Of a stretch of DNA of 60,787 bases, positions 9,201 through 16,954 are shown one piece after another; position 1 is the stretch's first letter; each line of letters opens with the position of its first letter. A program made the position numbers and the translations under genes. This DNA is from Candidatus Saccharimonadia bacterium (lineage in GTDB: Bacteria; Patescibacteriota; Saccharimonadia; UBA4664), in the NCBI GenBank assembly GCA_035479295.1, contig DATIIV010000006.1, forward strand, positions 1 through 60,787, given 5' to 3'. The notes below the pieces were generated by a model. It was not told where the DNA came from, did not search any database, and worked only from the letters and a program-made list of their open reading frames with translations.

Positions 9201-10480
9201 CTCATATTATTGCTCAGGCCGGCGTTAAGGTTAAATTCCATCAGCCGCGCGTTGGTTCCATCCGACACCCACAGTCGCTGCTGTGCCTCATCGTATGACA
9301 CTGTGGTGGGGCTCCAAAAACCAGTTTGATTAAGGTGGCTGTCACTGGCGGTAAAGTTAGCTTGGCCCAGCACGTTGGCGGCATTCATGCCGTCGCTCAA
9401 GCCGCCGCTCAAGCTATAGACCAGCACCCGATTAGCCGAGCGGTCGGCCACGAACAGGCGATCGCCGATGCCATCATAGGCCAGGCCACCCACATTATGA
9501 AGGTTGTTTTGGCTGATGGTGCCGCCCGCAATAGCCTGCCCGAGCCGATTGGTGGCTGCCATGCCATCGCTGACGCCGCCCGATAAATCAAACACCAGTA
9601 CGCGGTAATCGTTGGTAGCTACGAACAGCCGCTGATGGACGCCGTCGTAGGCTAGACCGGGCAGCGGAGCGGCTAGGGTGTCCATTGGCCCCGTGCCGCC
9701 AGCTGTGGTGGTAAAGTTGGGCTGACCCAAAACGTGAGCCGCCGCCATGCCATCGCTCATCCCGCCCGACAGATCGTACTCCAAGACGCGATTGTTAATC
9801 TGATCGCCCACAAACAGCCGCTGTCCGGTAGCATCATACGCTAGCGAAGTCGGCTGGAACACATCGGTGGCGGTGGGCGAGCCAAATGTCGACGGACTGT
9901 TAGAGGTAAAGTCAGACTGACCCAGCACATGCGCTGCTGCCATGCCATCGCTGATGCCGCTGGTTAGGTCATACATAAGAATCCGATTATTGCCGGTATC
10001 AGCCACAAACAAGCGATTATTCGTGCTGTCGTAGGCCAGGCCGGTGGGGCCGGATAACGAGCTGGCCGTGGGTGGGCTCGGCACCGCCGCTGAGGTAACA
10101 TCGGTTTGGCCCAGCACAAAGACCGGCGTGCGAGCTGTGGGATCGTCGGTGATGCTGAGAGCATACACCAGTACGCGATTATTACTGGTATCGACTACAA
10201 ATAGCCGATGATGGGAACTGTCGACCGCGCTGCCATTAACGCCAATATAACCCGTGGCGTTGGGGCCAATCGGCGCGCCATTCGGGTCGCTATTGGTGTA
10301 GTCGGGGCCGCTGCCCGAGGAGTGACCCAGCACGTCCAGCGGGGTATAACTGCCGCCGGCCAAAGCGCTGGGAACGGCGGCCTGGCCAATCCCACCCACT
10401 ACCGCCATAAGCCCAAACCAAGCCAAAAGCAACCGAGTTACCGGCTGTTTTAGCCACGTCTTGGGGCGTATGGTGGTCAT
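6212..10480 (-). CDS. sensor histidine kinase with extracellular 12x NHL-repeat domain
   Basis: ORF track 6212..10582. The probable start is MTTIRPK (10480), ahead of the signal/anchor LLLAWFGLMAVVGGIGQAAVPSALA. Contains 12 NHL-type repeats, a Pro/Ser linker, TM segments and the H-box FRQLASHYLRTPLT. The C-terminal HATPase_c has LLDNAAAYS (N box), DHGQGM (G1) and GAGLSL (G2). Confidence 0.85.
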   Translation of the reverse strand: MTTIRPKTWLKQPVTRLLLAWFGLMAVVGGIGQAAVPSALAGGSYTPLDVLGHSSGSGPDYTNSDPNGAPIGPNATGYIGVNGSAVDSSHHRLFVVDTSNNRVLVYALSITDDPTARTPVFVLGQTDVTSAAVPSPPTASSLSGPTGLAYDSTNNRLFVADTGNNRILMYDLTSGISDGMAAAHVLGQSDFTSNSPSTFGSPTATDVFQPTSLAYDATGQRLFVGDQINNRVLEYDLSGGMSDGMAAAHVLGQPNFTTTAGGTGPMDTLAAPLPGLAYDGVHQRLFVATNDYRVLVFDLSGGVSDGMAATNRLGQAIAGGTISQNNLHNVGGLAYDGIGDRLFVADRSANRVLVYSLSGGLSDGMNAANVLGQANFTASDSHLNQTGFWSPTTVSYDEAQQRLWVSDGTNARLMEFNLNAGLSNNMSAGTELGQTTPGGTATYATNNRANNQPLASSLNSPDDVELDATRHRLFVLDYANARILVYNLGSQNQRLSDNADLVLGQSSLTAGAGLIQTADNVGNAASVATASNVTYGAGLAYDAAHQWLFVTETSPLQRVMVFDFSGSLSNGMPATHVLGRPNLTDNSFMSSSGPATANAIANPAGLTYNPTTQELFVADAGNNRVMVYDLSSGLTDNMNASHVLGQPDLGANTSNTGATGLNAPQGVYYDAAATSLAVADSGNNRVLLYDISGGVNDGMAATAVLGQIDFNGTGSATTATTLNDPTAIAYDPDRNYLLVSDSGNSRVLAYDASGGVSTGQAAALALGQPDLVSSNFAGGQDGLNFPLGIRYDPVSSRLLVADSGNSRVMVYGAVAAPSPTPSPSISPSPSVNPSATPVPTTAPSPLPTKPTGSPSLSPSPTITPSPAPSPSPSPGPVVDLTTIPTFVDGSGYSAPVKAGDRFSFTPTAGDRETYLINVLSATTTAVSLSINPARDTTAATTYHLAPNKPITPDVNADHQADVRLTQRVDRQGVVRLVFASYRSLINPAPVRPLWQRLIRQVPVPVWLGFPYLLFVLLGLAMAWLVVALRREVASTTRQRQFYELQARVAQQKDVFRQLASHYLRTPLTLVRASVDAAQLPADAHSAPASQAAFGQTVGDLARRVEEVLGNIQANTNAASALPPAPTVVSGLGRRPSFWLPIGILGLLVVVCNLLASLAGAQLLGWWLNLAIQGALLIAMATGLYALLRSRRLKHQEQAILDRALADQAQFDAQRNRFMSQAVAALQSDVTALQAQANQLANAAAQQAATEGLNRFAQLLARFALVTRLTAANQPPQPQPVKLAAFWQTPAVAAAKHITLHTPPDQAAGLRDPQLFGQVMSSLLDNAAAYSNEGGQVDITTSRTPGQLTLAITDHGQGMPPDFANQLFKPFAKAEGALTFQHEGAGLSLYLDQLIMTYLGGTIQVQSALGRGTTVTLTLPQPT
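8039..10240 (-). repeat. 12 tandem NHL-type beta-propeller repeats (protein-level)
   Basis: A recurrent 58-76 aa unit: ..LAYD....RLFVAD.GNNRVLVYDLSGG.SDGMAA..VLGQ.DFT. The NNRVL-like cores fall at aa 136, 198, 263, 325, 383, 444, 514, 590, 656, 717, 778 and 839 of the track ORF. This is consistent with two six-bladed propellers. Confidence 0.85.
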
Positions 10481-10634
10481 GCTTAGCCTAAGACTAGGCC
10501 GCCGGTTCGGGTCCGTCAACTGACTAAGCCCCCAATAATTTAAGCCCCAGCGCCTAGCCCCGGCTTTGGCGTTAGGCACCAAGACATCCGCTGCGGATGC
10601 GTCATAGAGTTATAGGGCATAACAAGAGGGGTTT

Positions 10635-11051
10635 ATGAACGTAATAGCAATCACACAATTAAAGATTTTGAGCGTAATCGTTCTGACTATGGTGTTTCCC
10701 GGTGCACTTTTGGCCGGGTCTGCCCAGGCTTCGGCTAATCCCTACACGCCACAGGGAGTTTGCGGTTCGGGTTATACGGTGCAGCGTTCGCATGTCCTTA
10801 ATGGCGCGGTGGTTTATCAGCTCTATAACGGCACGTATAACTGCGTGGTAACGATTAAGACCGCTCAAATTGGTACCGCTACCCGAACCACCGCGGGGTT
10901 GCAGGTGAGCGGCTCGGACTGGGCTTACGACACGGGTGATTACAGATATTACGCCGGGCCGGTTAAGCAGTACGGTCGGGGTAAATGCGTACGCTATTTT
11001 GGGTATCATGGCGGCACCAGCTACACGAGTCCATGGGGAAATTGTAATTAA
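10635..11051 (+). CDS. small secreted protein (4 Cys)
   Basis: 138 aa. N-terminal signal peptide ending AQASA. SD AGAGGGG upstream. The mature part is Gly/Tyr/Thr-rich with 4 cysteines. No family assigned with confidence. Confidence 0.65.
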   Translation: MNVIAITQLKILSVIVLTMVFPGALLAGSAQASANPYTPQGVCGSGYTVQRSHVLNGAVVYQLYNGTYNCVVTIKTAQIGTATRTTAGLQVSGSDWAYDTGDYRYYAGPVKQYGRGKCVRYFGYHGGTSYTSPWGNCN

Positions 11052-11250
11052 GTAAACACCTGAATCTCAGAACTCACCGTCCTTGTTCGGGGGCGCTTCC
11101 TGCCTTACGGTTTCCGGCTGCGGAACTCGCTAGCGCTCAAACAGTCCTCACGGGAGAACCATTAAGGCGGGTACGCGCCGAAAATCGCATAACCGGCTAT
11201 GTAAATCTGACGGCTGTTTCGCCCGGCTGAATTCGGTATACTTACCTTCC

Positions 11251-13524
11251 ATGAATACTGTCAAAGACAACGAAATCCACATTGTCGGCGCCCGCGAGAA
11301 TAATCTTAACAGCGTTACCCTTAACATACCCAAGCACAAGATCACGGTGTTTACCGGTGTTTCTGGCTCGGGTAAGTCGTCTTTGGTTTTTGATACGATT
11401 GCCGCCGAGTCTCAGCGCCAGCTCAACGAGACCTATTCTAGCTACATTCGCCATCGCCTGGGCGGCTTTTCGCAGCCCGATGCCGATTTGCTCGAGAATC
11501 TGTCGGTTTCGATGATCGTCGATCAAAAACGCATTGGCGGCAACGCCCGCTCAACCGTCGGAACGGTTACCGATATTTATACGTTTTTGCGCCTGCTGTT
11601 TTCGCGCATAGGGAAGCCGTTCGTCGGCTACTCGACGGTGTTTTCGTTTAATAATCCAGACGGCATGTGCCCTCATTGCCAGGGGCTAGGGACCGAGCAA
11701 ACCGTCAACCTCGACCGCTTGGTTGATAGGCACAAATCACTGAATGAAGGCGCGATTCAGTTTCCGACCTTTGAGCCCGGTGGCTATCGGTGGAAGCGTT
11801 ATGCGCTGTCGGGCTTATTCGATAACGACAAAAAGTTGGCAGATTACACCAAAGAGGAATGGGACATACTGCTTCACCGAACCGATGTCAAAATCACTAA
11901 ACCGCTGCCCGGCTATCCACCGTCGCATCGCTATCGCGGCATTTTGGTGCGGTTCAAGGAAGACTTCTTCTCCAAGGACAGCCAGGAGCTTAAGACCCAC
12001 GCTGCAGCGCTGGCAAAGGTGGTGCAGTCCGGACCATGCCCGGTGTGTCATGGCGCCCGGCTCAACCAAAAATCGCTGAGCTGTCGCCTAAACGGCTGCA
12101 ACATCGCCGACTGCTCCGACATGCAAATTAACGATTTGCAAACGTTTTTGGCTGGTATTACCGAACCGAAAGCCCGCCCGATTATCGCCGAAACTCGCGA
12201 GCGCCTGCAAAGTCTGATCGATATTGGGCTGGGTTATCTTAGTCTTAGTCGCGTCACCGGTACATTATCGGGCGGCGAATCGCAGCGCATCAAAATGGTC
12301 AAGCACCTGGGCAGTAGCCTCAACGACCTGATCTACATTTTTGATGAGCCCAGCACTGGGCTTCACCCCGCCAACGTAGAGCGGCTCAATGTCATGCTGC
12401 GTCAGCTACGCGACAAGAGCAACACTATTTTAGTGGTTGAGCATGATCCCGATGTCATTAAAATTGCTGATCATATTGTGGATATGGGGCCCGGCGCCGG
12501 GCGCGAGGGCGGTAACGTTGTCTTTGCCGGCAGCCTTAAAGACTTTGCCGCTGCTGACAGCCTAACCGCGAAATTCCTGCACCAGAAAATTTCTCTCAAA
12601 CAGGACGTTCGCCAGGCTCATGATTATCTTAAAATAACCAATGCTTCGATCAATAACCTCCAGCATGTTAGCATTAGCATTCCTCAAAAGGTTCTTACGG
12701 TGGTGGCTGGAGTGGCCGGCTCGGGTAAAAGTTCGCTCATTCATGGCGCGCTAGCGGCACAGCATCCGGCTGCCGTCACTATCGACCAAGGGGCTATTCA
12801 TACCTCAAAACGGTCTACGCCGGCTTCGTTCGCGGGCATTTTGGATCCTATACGCCAGCTGTTTGCGGCCGCCAACCAAGTTGATGCAGCGCTATTTAGC
12901 TTTAACTCTAAGGGCGCCTGTCCTGAATGCAAAGGCACTGGCGTCACCTCTACCGACCTGGCTTTTATGGACCCCATTGTTACGGTTTGCGAAGTCTGCC
13001 AAGGCAAGCGCTTTACGGATGAAACGCTCGGTTACAAGCTCCACGGTAAAAGCATCTACGACGTTCTCTTGATGAGCGTTGACGAAGCTTTAGTCTTTTT
13101 TAACGCCCCTGAGATCACCGGCGCTTTAGAGCAAATGCGAGTGGTCGGCATTGGCTATTTGTCGCTTGGCCAACCGCTTGATACGTTATCAGGTGGCGAG
13201 CGGCAACGGATTAAACTAGCGCTTCACCTTAAGCAGCCAGCCAGCCTCTACATCCTTGACGAGCCCACCACCGGGCTGCATATGTCTGACGTTGATAGGC
13301 TCATTGGCGTGCTTAATTCCCTGGTTGACGCCGGCAGCACAGTGGTGGTTATTGAGCATAACCTCGAGGTTATAGCTCAGGCTGATTGGCTGATCGAGGT
13401 TGGGCCCGGCGCCGGCCATGACGGCGGTCAGGTCATCTTTGAAGGCACTCCCGCGCAAATGCAGCGGTCGAGCACCTCGGTCACTGGGTCGTATCTTACT
13501 GCAGTATCGTCAGAGGGAATGTGA
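11251..13524 (+). CDS. UvrA-family ABC ATPase, short (about 750 aa) paralogue
   Basis: GARENNLNSVTLNIPKHKITVFTGVSGSGKSSLVFDT at the N-terminus. Second Walker A GVAGSGKSSL. LSGGE signatures present twice. Zinc modules CPHCQGLG, CPVCHGARL, CPECKGTG and CEVCQGKRF. About 190 aa shorter than canonical UvrA. Confidence 0.9.
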   Translation: MNTVKDNEIHIVGARENNLNSVTLNIPKHKITVFTGVSGSGKSSLVFDTIAAESQRQLNETYSSYIRHRLGGFSQPDADLLENLSVSMIVDQKRIGGNARSTVGTVTDIYTFLRLLFSRIGKPFVGYSTVFSFNNPDGMCPHCQGLGTEQTVNLDRLVDRHKSLNEGAIQFPTFEPGGYRWKRYALSGLFDNDKKLADYTKEEWDILLHRTDVKITKPLPGYPPSHRYRGILVRFKEDFFSKDSQELKTHAAALAKVVQSGPCPVCHGARLNQKSLSCRLNGCNIADCSDMQINDLQTFLAGITEPKARPIIAETRERLQSLIDIGLGYLSLSRVTGTLSGGESQRIKMVKHLGSSLNDLIYIFDEPSTGLHPANVERLNVMLRQLRDKSNTILVVEHDPDVIKIADHIVDMGPGAGREGGNVVFAGSLKDFAAADSLTAKFLHQKISLKQDVRQAHDYLKITNASINNLQHVSISIPQKVLTVVAGVAGSGKSSLIHGALAAQHPAAVTIDQGAIHTSKRSTPASFAGILDPIRQLFAAANQVDAALFSFNSKGACPECKGTGVTSTDLAFMDPIVTVCEVCQGKRFTDETLGYKLHGKSIYDVLLMSVDEALVFFNAPEITGALEQMRVVGIGYLSLGQPLDTLSGGERQRIKLALHLKQPASLYILDEPTTGLHMSDVDRLIGVLNSLVDAGSTVVVIEHNLEVIAQADWLIEVGPGAGHDGGQVIFEGTPAQMQRSSTSVTGSYLTAVSSEGM

Positions 13525-13702
13525 TCGCAAGGGTGGCGACCGCATTGGTAACGCTACAATGAGACGAGCGGTTCATAACGGCGGCAAAAACGAAGATCAG
13601 GATATAGCTTATCGTCGTGTAAGACGTTAATTGCCATGGCCTCTGACCGGGACCCATTTTGCAGCAAAGCGGCGTGCTTTATACCGAGACCGACAGATGA
13701 GT

Positions 13703-14275
13703 CTACTTTTTAGAAATGTCCGATACCTTCGCATTCGACAAACTGCGCAATCTCTCTGACGCAACAAGAACCTTCGACCCTCGAATCCCGCTGCCTAAGA
13801 TCACTCTTTCGTGCTGGATAACCTGGCTATCAATAAGAATTGGCCAATCGCTCGGTAAGCCAATTGGTGTAATGCCACCGTACTCCATATGTGTGAGCGA
13901 TGTTGCAATGTCCATTGGAGCGAAAGAAACTTTACGGGCATTGAGTGTTTTGCGGACCATGCCATTTACGTCGGCCCTGTTTGTAGCTAGAACCACGCAA
14001 GCCGCATACCACGTCCTGTCTCCTCGCTTTGCCTCGACGATCACGCAGTTAGCTGAAACATCTAAGTCAATCTCGTATTGTTTACAAAACGCAGCAGTAT
14101 CTGCCAGATTTGGGTCAATTTCAGAAACCCAAACATCACTATAGCCACGTTCCTTGAGGCAATCATCGACTGGTACTCCAAGTAAGGACTTCGCTTGGTC
14201 TGTGGGCTGAAATGTAAGTTTACCGAGTTGTTGTGTCATATAATTACTACTTTCTAGGACTGAGTCCCTCTTCAT
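13703..14275 (-). CDS. YbaK/ProX-type aminoacyl-tRNA deacylase domain protein
   Basis: 190 aa. SANCVIVEAKRGD....ACVVLATNRADVNG.....LNARKVSFAPMD...LTHMEYGGITPIGL resembles the YbaK/EbsC fold pattern. Lies in lower-GC DNA. Confidence 0.65.
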   Translation of the reverse strand: MKRDSVLESSNYMTQQLGKLTFQPTDQAKSLLGVPVDDCLKERGYSDVWVSEIDPNLADTAAFCKQYEIDLDVSANCVIVEAKRGDRTWYAACVVLATNRADVNGMVRKTLNARKVSFAPMDIATSLTHMEYGGITPIGLPSDWPILIDSQVIQHERVILGSGIRGSKVLVASERLRSLSNAKVSDISKK

Positions 14276-14531
14276 TTATTGTAATACAGTTGAGCCCGCG
14301 GCCAACACACGAAGACAGGTTGAGGTGTCAACAGATTGGCAGCCAACAAAAAGGTCCAGATACGGGTACTGAACCTGTTTTGGTGAACCTAACAAGGATG
14401 AAGTGGCACACCTTGTACCCTGATATCGTCAATTTACACCTTAGACTCAATGAACTTGGTTGTATCGTCTATAACGAGAGGGTGATAGTCGATAGTGAGC
14501 CATAACATAATTTTACGGCAAAGATGCTGAG

Positions 14532-15698
14532 TTATTCTCCTAGAATCTCCCTCTGGATGTCACAAGTATTAATAAGCCTCGCCTCAGAACGGAGCTGTGT
14601 CTCCCCCTTATAAAATAAGTATCGTCTCTCGACAGGAATATTTAGTAGTTCTGCAAAGTAAGTGAGTTTAACAGAATGTTCTTTTACGTACGTACTCGTT
14701 GCCTTGATTTCAGCTATGGCGAGGCCTCGAGGCGTTTCAAATACGCAGTCTGCTTCGCCATATTGGTTGCGTATAAAGTAGACTCGTGGTTGCTCGCCGG
14801 TATTCGTTTGAGTCTTTAGGAGCTCACTAATTGCTAGGTTCTCAAAGATGTTGCCGTAAAAATGGCTTGCCGTTAACTCCTGTCGTGTACGAATACCAAG
14901 TAAGTAACAAAGTATGCCGGTATCGTAAAAATACAGCTTCGGCATTTTTGTCAGCCGCTTGGATATATTCGCCGCGTATGGTTGCAGGCGATAGGCGATA
15001 AACGAGGCCTCCAATACGCCAATCCATGCGTCAATTGTCTTCACGTCAACACCAACGGCGCCACTAAGGTCGGTCATATTTAATATTTGCCCGGCCCGGC
15101 CGGCACAGAGCGTGATGAAGCGCTGGAATTTAGGTAGATTGTCAATGGTCCTCAAGTCGCGTACATCACGCTCAATATAGAGACTCACATAAGATGAGTA
15201 GAAGGTCTTTGGGTCGATTTTGTGATCGTATACCCCTGGATAAGAACCGGCAATAACGGCGTCATCAACATCAGCAATCCTCTTCTGATGGAAGCTGCCA
15301 ATCTCTGGCAGGGCAAGGGGCAGAAGCGTTGTAAGCCCAGTTCTACCAACCAGCGTTTGCCCAATGTGTTGTGAGAGCAGAAAATTTTGAGAGCCGGTCA
15401 AAATATATTGTGCTGTTTCTTTGCTTTCATCCAGCTTTGCTTGCAAATATGACAAGATATCTGGTACGCGCTGTACCTCATCGATAATAGTGCGCGGGCC
15501 ATACTGCTTCAAGAATCCGCGAGGGTCGTCTTGAGCAAACTGCCGCGAATCCAGGTCTTCAAGCGAGACATAGGTGTAGCCGTTGAAAAGTGCACGCGCA
15601 AGTGTTGTTTTGCCGGACTGGCGTGGACCAGTAATAGTTATGGCTTTAAAGCTTTTAGCAAGTTCGCGTATTGTGTTTTCGGCAATTCTTTCTATCAT
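14532..15698 (-). CDS. AAA family ATPase with DUF4143 (restriction-endonuclease-like) C-terminal domain
   Basis: 388 aa. Walker A ITGPRQSGKTTL. The overall layout and length match AAA_14 plus DUF4143 proteins. Low GC. Confidence 0.8.
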   Translation of the reverse strand: MIERIAENTIRELAKSFKAITITGPRQSGKTTLARALFNGYTYVSLEDLDSRQFAQDDPRGFLKQYGPRTIIDEVQRVPDILSYLQAKLDESKETAQYILTGSQNFLLSQHIGQTLVGRTGLTTLLPLALPEIGSFHQKRIADVDDAVIAGSYPGVYDHKIDPKTFYSSYVSLYIERDVRDLRTIDNLPKFQRFITLCAGRAGQILNMTDLSGAVGVDVKTIDAWIGVLEASFIAYRLQPYAANISKRLTKMPKLYFYDTGILCYLLGIRTRQELTASHFYGNIFENLAISELLKTQTNTGEQPRVYFIRNQYGEADCVFETPRGLAIAEIKATSTYVKEHSVKLTYFAELLNIPVERRYLFYKGETQLRSEARLINTCDIQREILGE

Positions 15699-15811
15699 AG
15701 TGACAAGTGTAGCTCATACAATACTGGAATTCAACTCCATAATTGCATGAACTATATCAGGTGGAATACTACTTATCCAGGCTACTTGCAATAGCCGCAA
15801 AACTGACGAAG

Positions 15812-16513
15812 CTAAATCTCATTGAGCCGACTAATCATCTCAGGAATCCTGATGTCGAGCCATGAATTTAGATCTTCAAAAATCTTAGTTGCTTCTGTGC
15901 TGTGCTTACTTTTATGTCGAGTGAGTGCTTTTTGATAGTCTGTTTGGATGTCTCGTAATAGCTCAACCGGCTTTTGCCAACCATAGGCTTGACACATCAA
16001 CTTTACGCGACGCACCTGTTCCATAGTATCAATATTTTTATTGATTAAATCTGTGTAACAATCGACTGCGTAGGCAAAGTCGCGTAGTCGCGCACCCGGC
16101 GCTGCTTCATCCCAGTCAATGAAGCCAATCGGTGTATCATTTTGAAATACGGTATTGTGTGGTCCAAGATCACCATGGGCTACGATCTCACTCTTGCTCG
16201 ACAACTTACTGTCGGCCGTTACGTCGTGATAGCGACGAATAAGCTTGGCAACATTTTCTAGCTTCGCGTCATTGAGCTTCACGCCGCTACCAGGTGGCAC
16301 GTTACCCTCAAAGTAAGTCAATATTTCTCTATTCTTGTTATCAATCCCTAAAAAACGCGGTGCTTCAGCAAAGTCAGCCTTTTCTAGATAAAGAAATAGT
16401 TTGTGAACAAACGCAGCGTTTTTAGACTGCTCACGATGAACAGTGTTACCGATTCGAGCAATGTTAGCATTTAACGCACCACCATGGAGAGGAACTTCAG
16501 GCTGTAAACTCAT
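15812..16513 (-). CDS. aminoglycoside/small-molecule phosphotransferase (APH) family protein
   Basis: 233 aa. HGDLGPHNTVF catalytic loop and FIDWDEAAPG metal-binding motif. Low GC. Confidence 0.8.
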   Translation of the reverse strand: MSLQPEVPLHGGALNANIARIGNTVHREQSKNAAFVHKLFLYLEKADFAEAPRFLGIDNKNREILTYFEGNVPPGSGVKLNDAKLENVAKLIRRYHDVTADSKLSSKSEIVAHGDLGPHNTVFQNDTPIGFIDWDEAAPGARLRDFAYAVDCYTDLINKNIDTMEQVRRVKLMCQAYGWQKPVELLRDIQTDYQKALTRHKSKHSTEATKIFEDLNSWLDIRIPEMISRLNEI

Positions 16514-16645
16514 TTATCCCATAATAACAGAAGCCGGTCTTCCCGCGGAGAATCGAACTCGATTTAACGGAGGCAGCACAAAAAGAAAAGCTCAACGAAA
16601 TCAATAGTGGAACTTTTCTGATCTGTAAAATTTTGAATAATACCC

Positions 16646-16721
16646 TGGTGATCCCACGGGGACTCGAACCCCGGTTGCCGGGATGAAAACCCGGTGTCCT
16701 AGGCCACTAGACGATGGGACC
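16646..16721 (-). tRNA. tRNA-Glu (anticodon UUC), CCA encoded
   Basis: The reverse complement GGTCCCATCGTCTAGTGGCCTAGGACACCGGGTTTTCATCCCGGCAACCGGGGTTCGAGTCCCCGTGGGATCACCA folds as a cloverleaf. It has a 7-bp acceptor, a CCGGG/CCCGG anticodon stem, loop TTTTCAT and a T-arm CGGGG-TTCGAGT-CCCCG. Confidence 0.92.
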
Positions 16722-16936
16722 ACGTGGCGATTTAACCGCCAAATCATACCATTGTGAGCCAGAATGATCAAGCCGCCGGGGGTGCGGCGCAGCTGGTGGC
16801 GCGCGAGGGTATCGTCGTAGAACTATTCGGCCTAAGGAATGCGTCAACGCCGACCTTCACGATTCTAACAACTCAGCCCCTTATATCTGGCGATATCTGG
16901 GAGAAATGCACAATTCGGCGGCCGGGGTGATGATGC

Positions 16937-16942
16937 TACAAT
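16937..16942 (+). promoter_or_regulatory. extended -10 (TGcTACAAT) upstream of the flippase gene
   Basis: TGCTACAAT at 16934-16942, 12 nt before ATG 16955. Confidence 0.5.
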
Positions 16943-16954
16943 CCCCAACGGTTT

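Noticed and set aside
8039-10240. The NHL repeat region as a diversity-generating retroelement target or a DNA-level tandem repeat.
   Set aside because: There is no reverse transcriptase or template repeat in the window. The repeats are conserved at protein level only, with divergent DNA and variable unit length.
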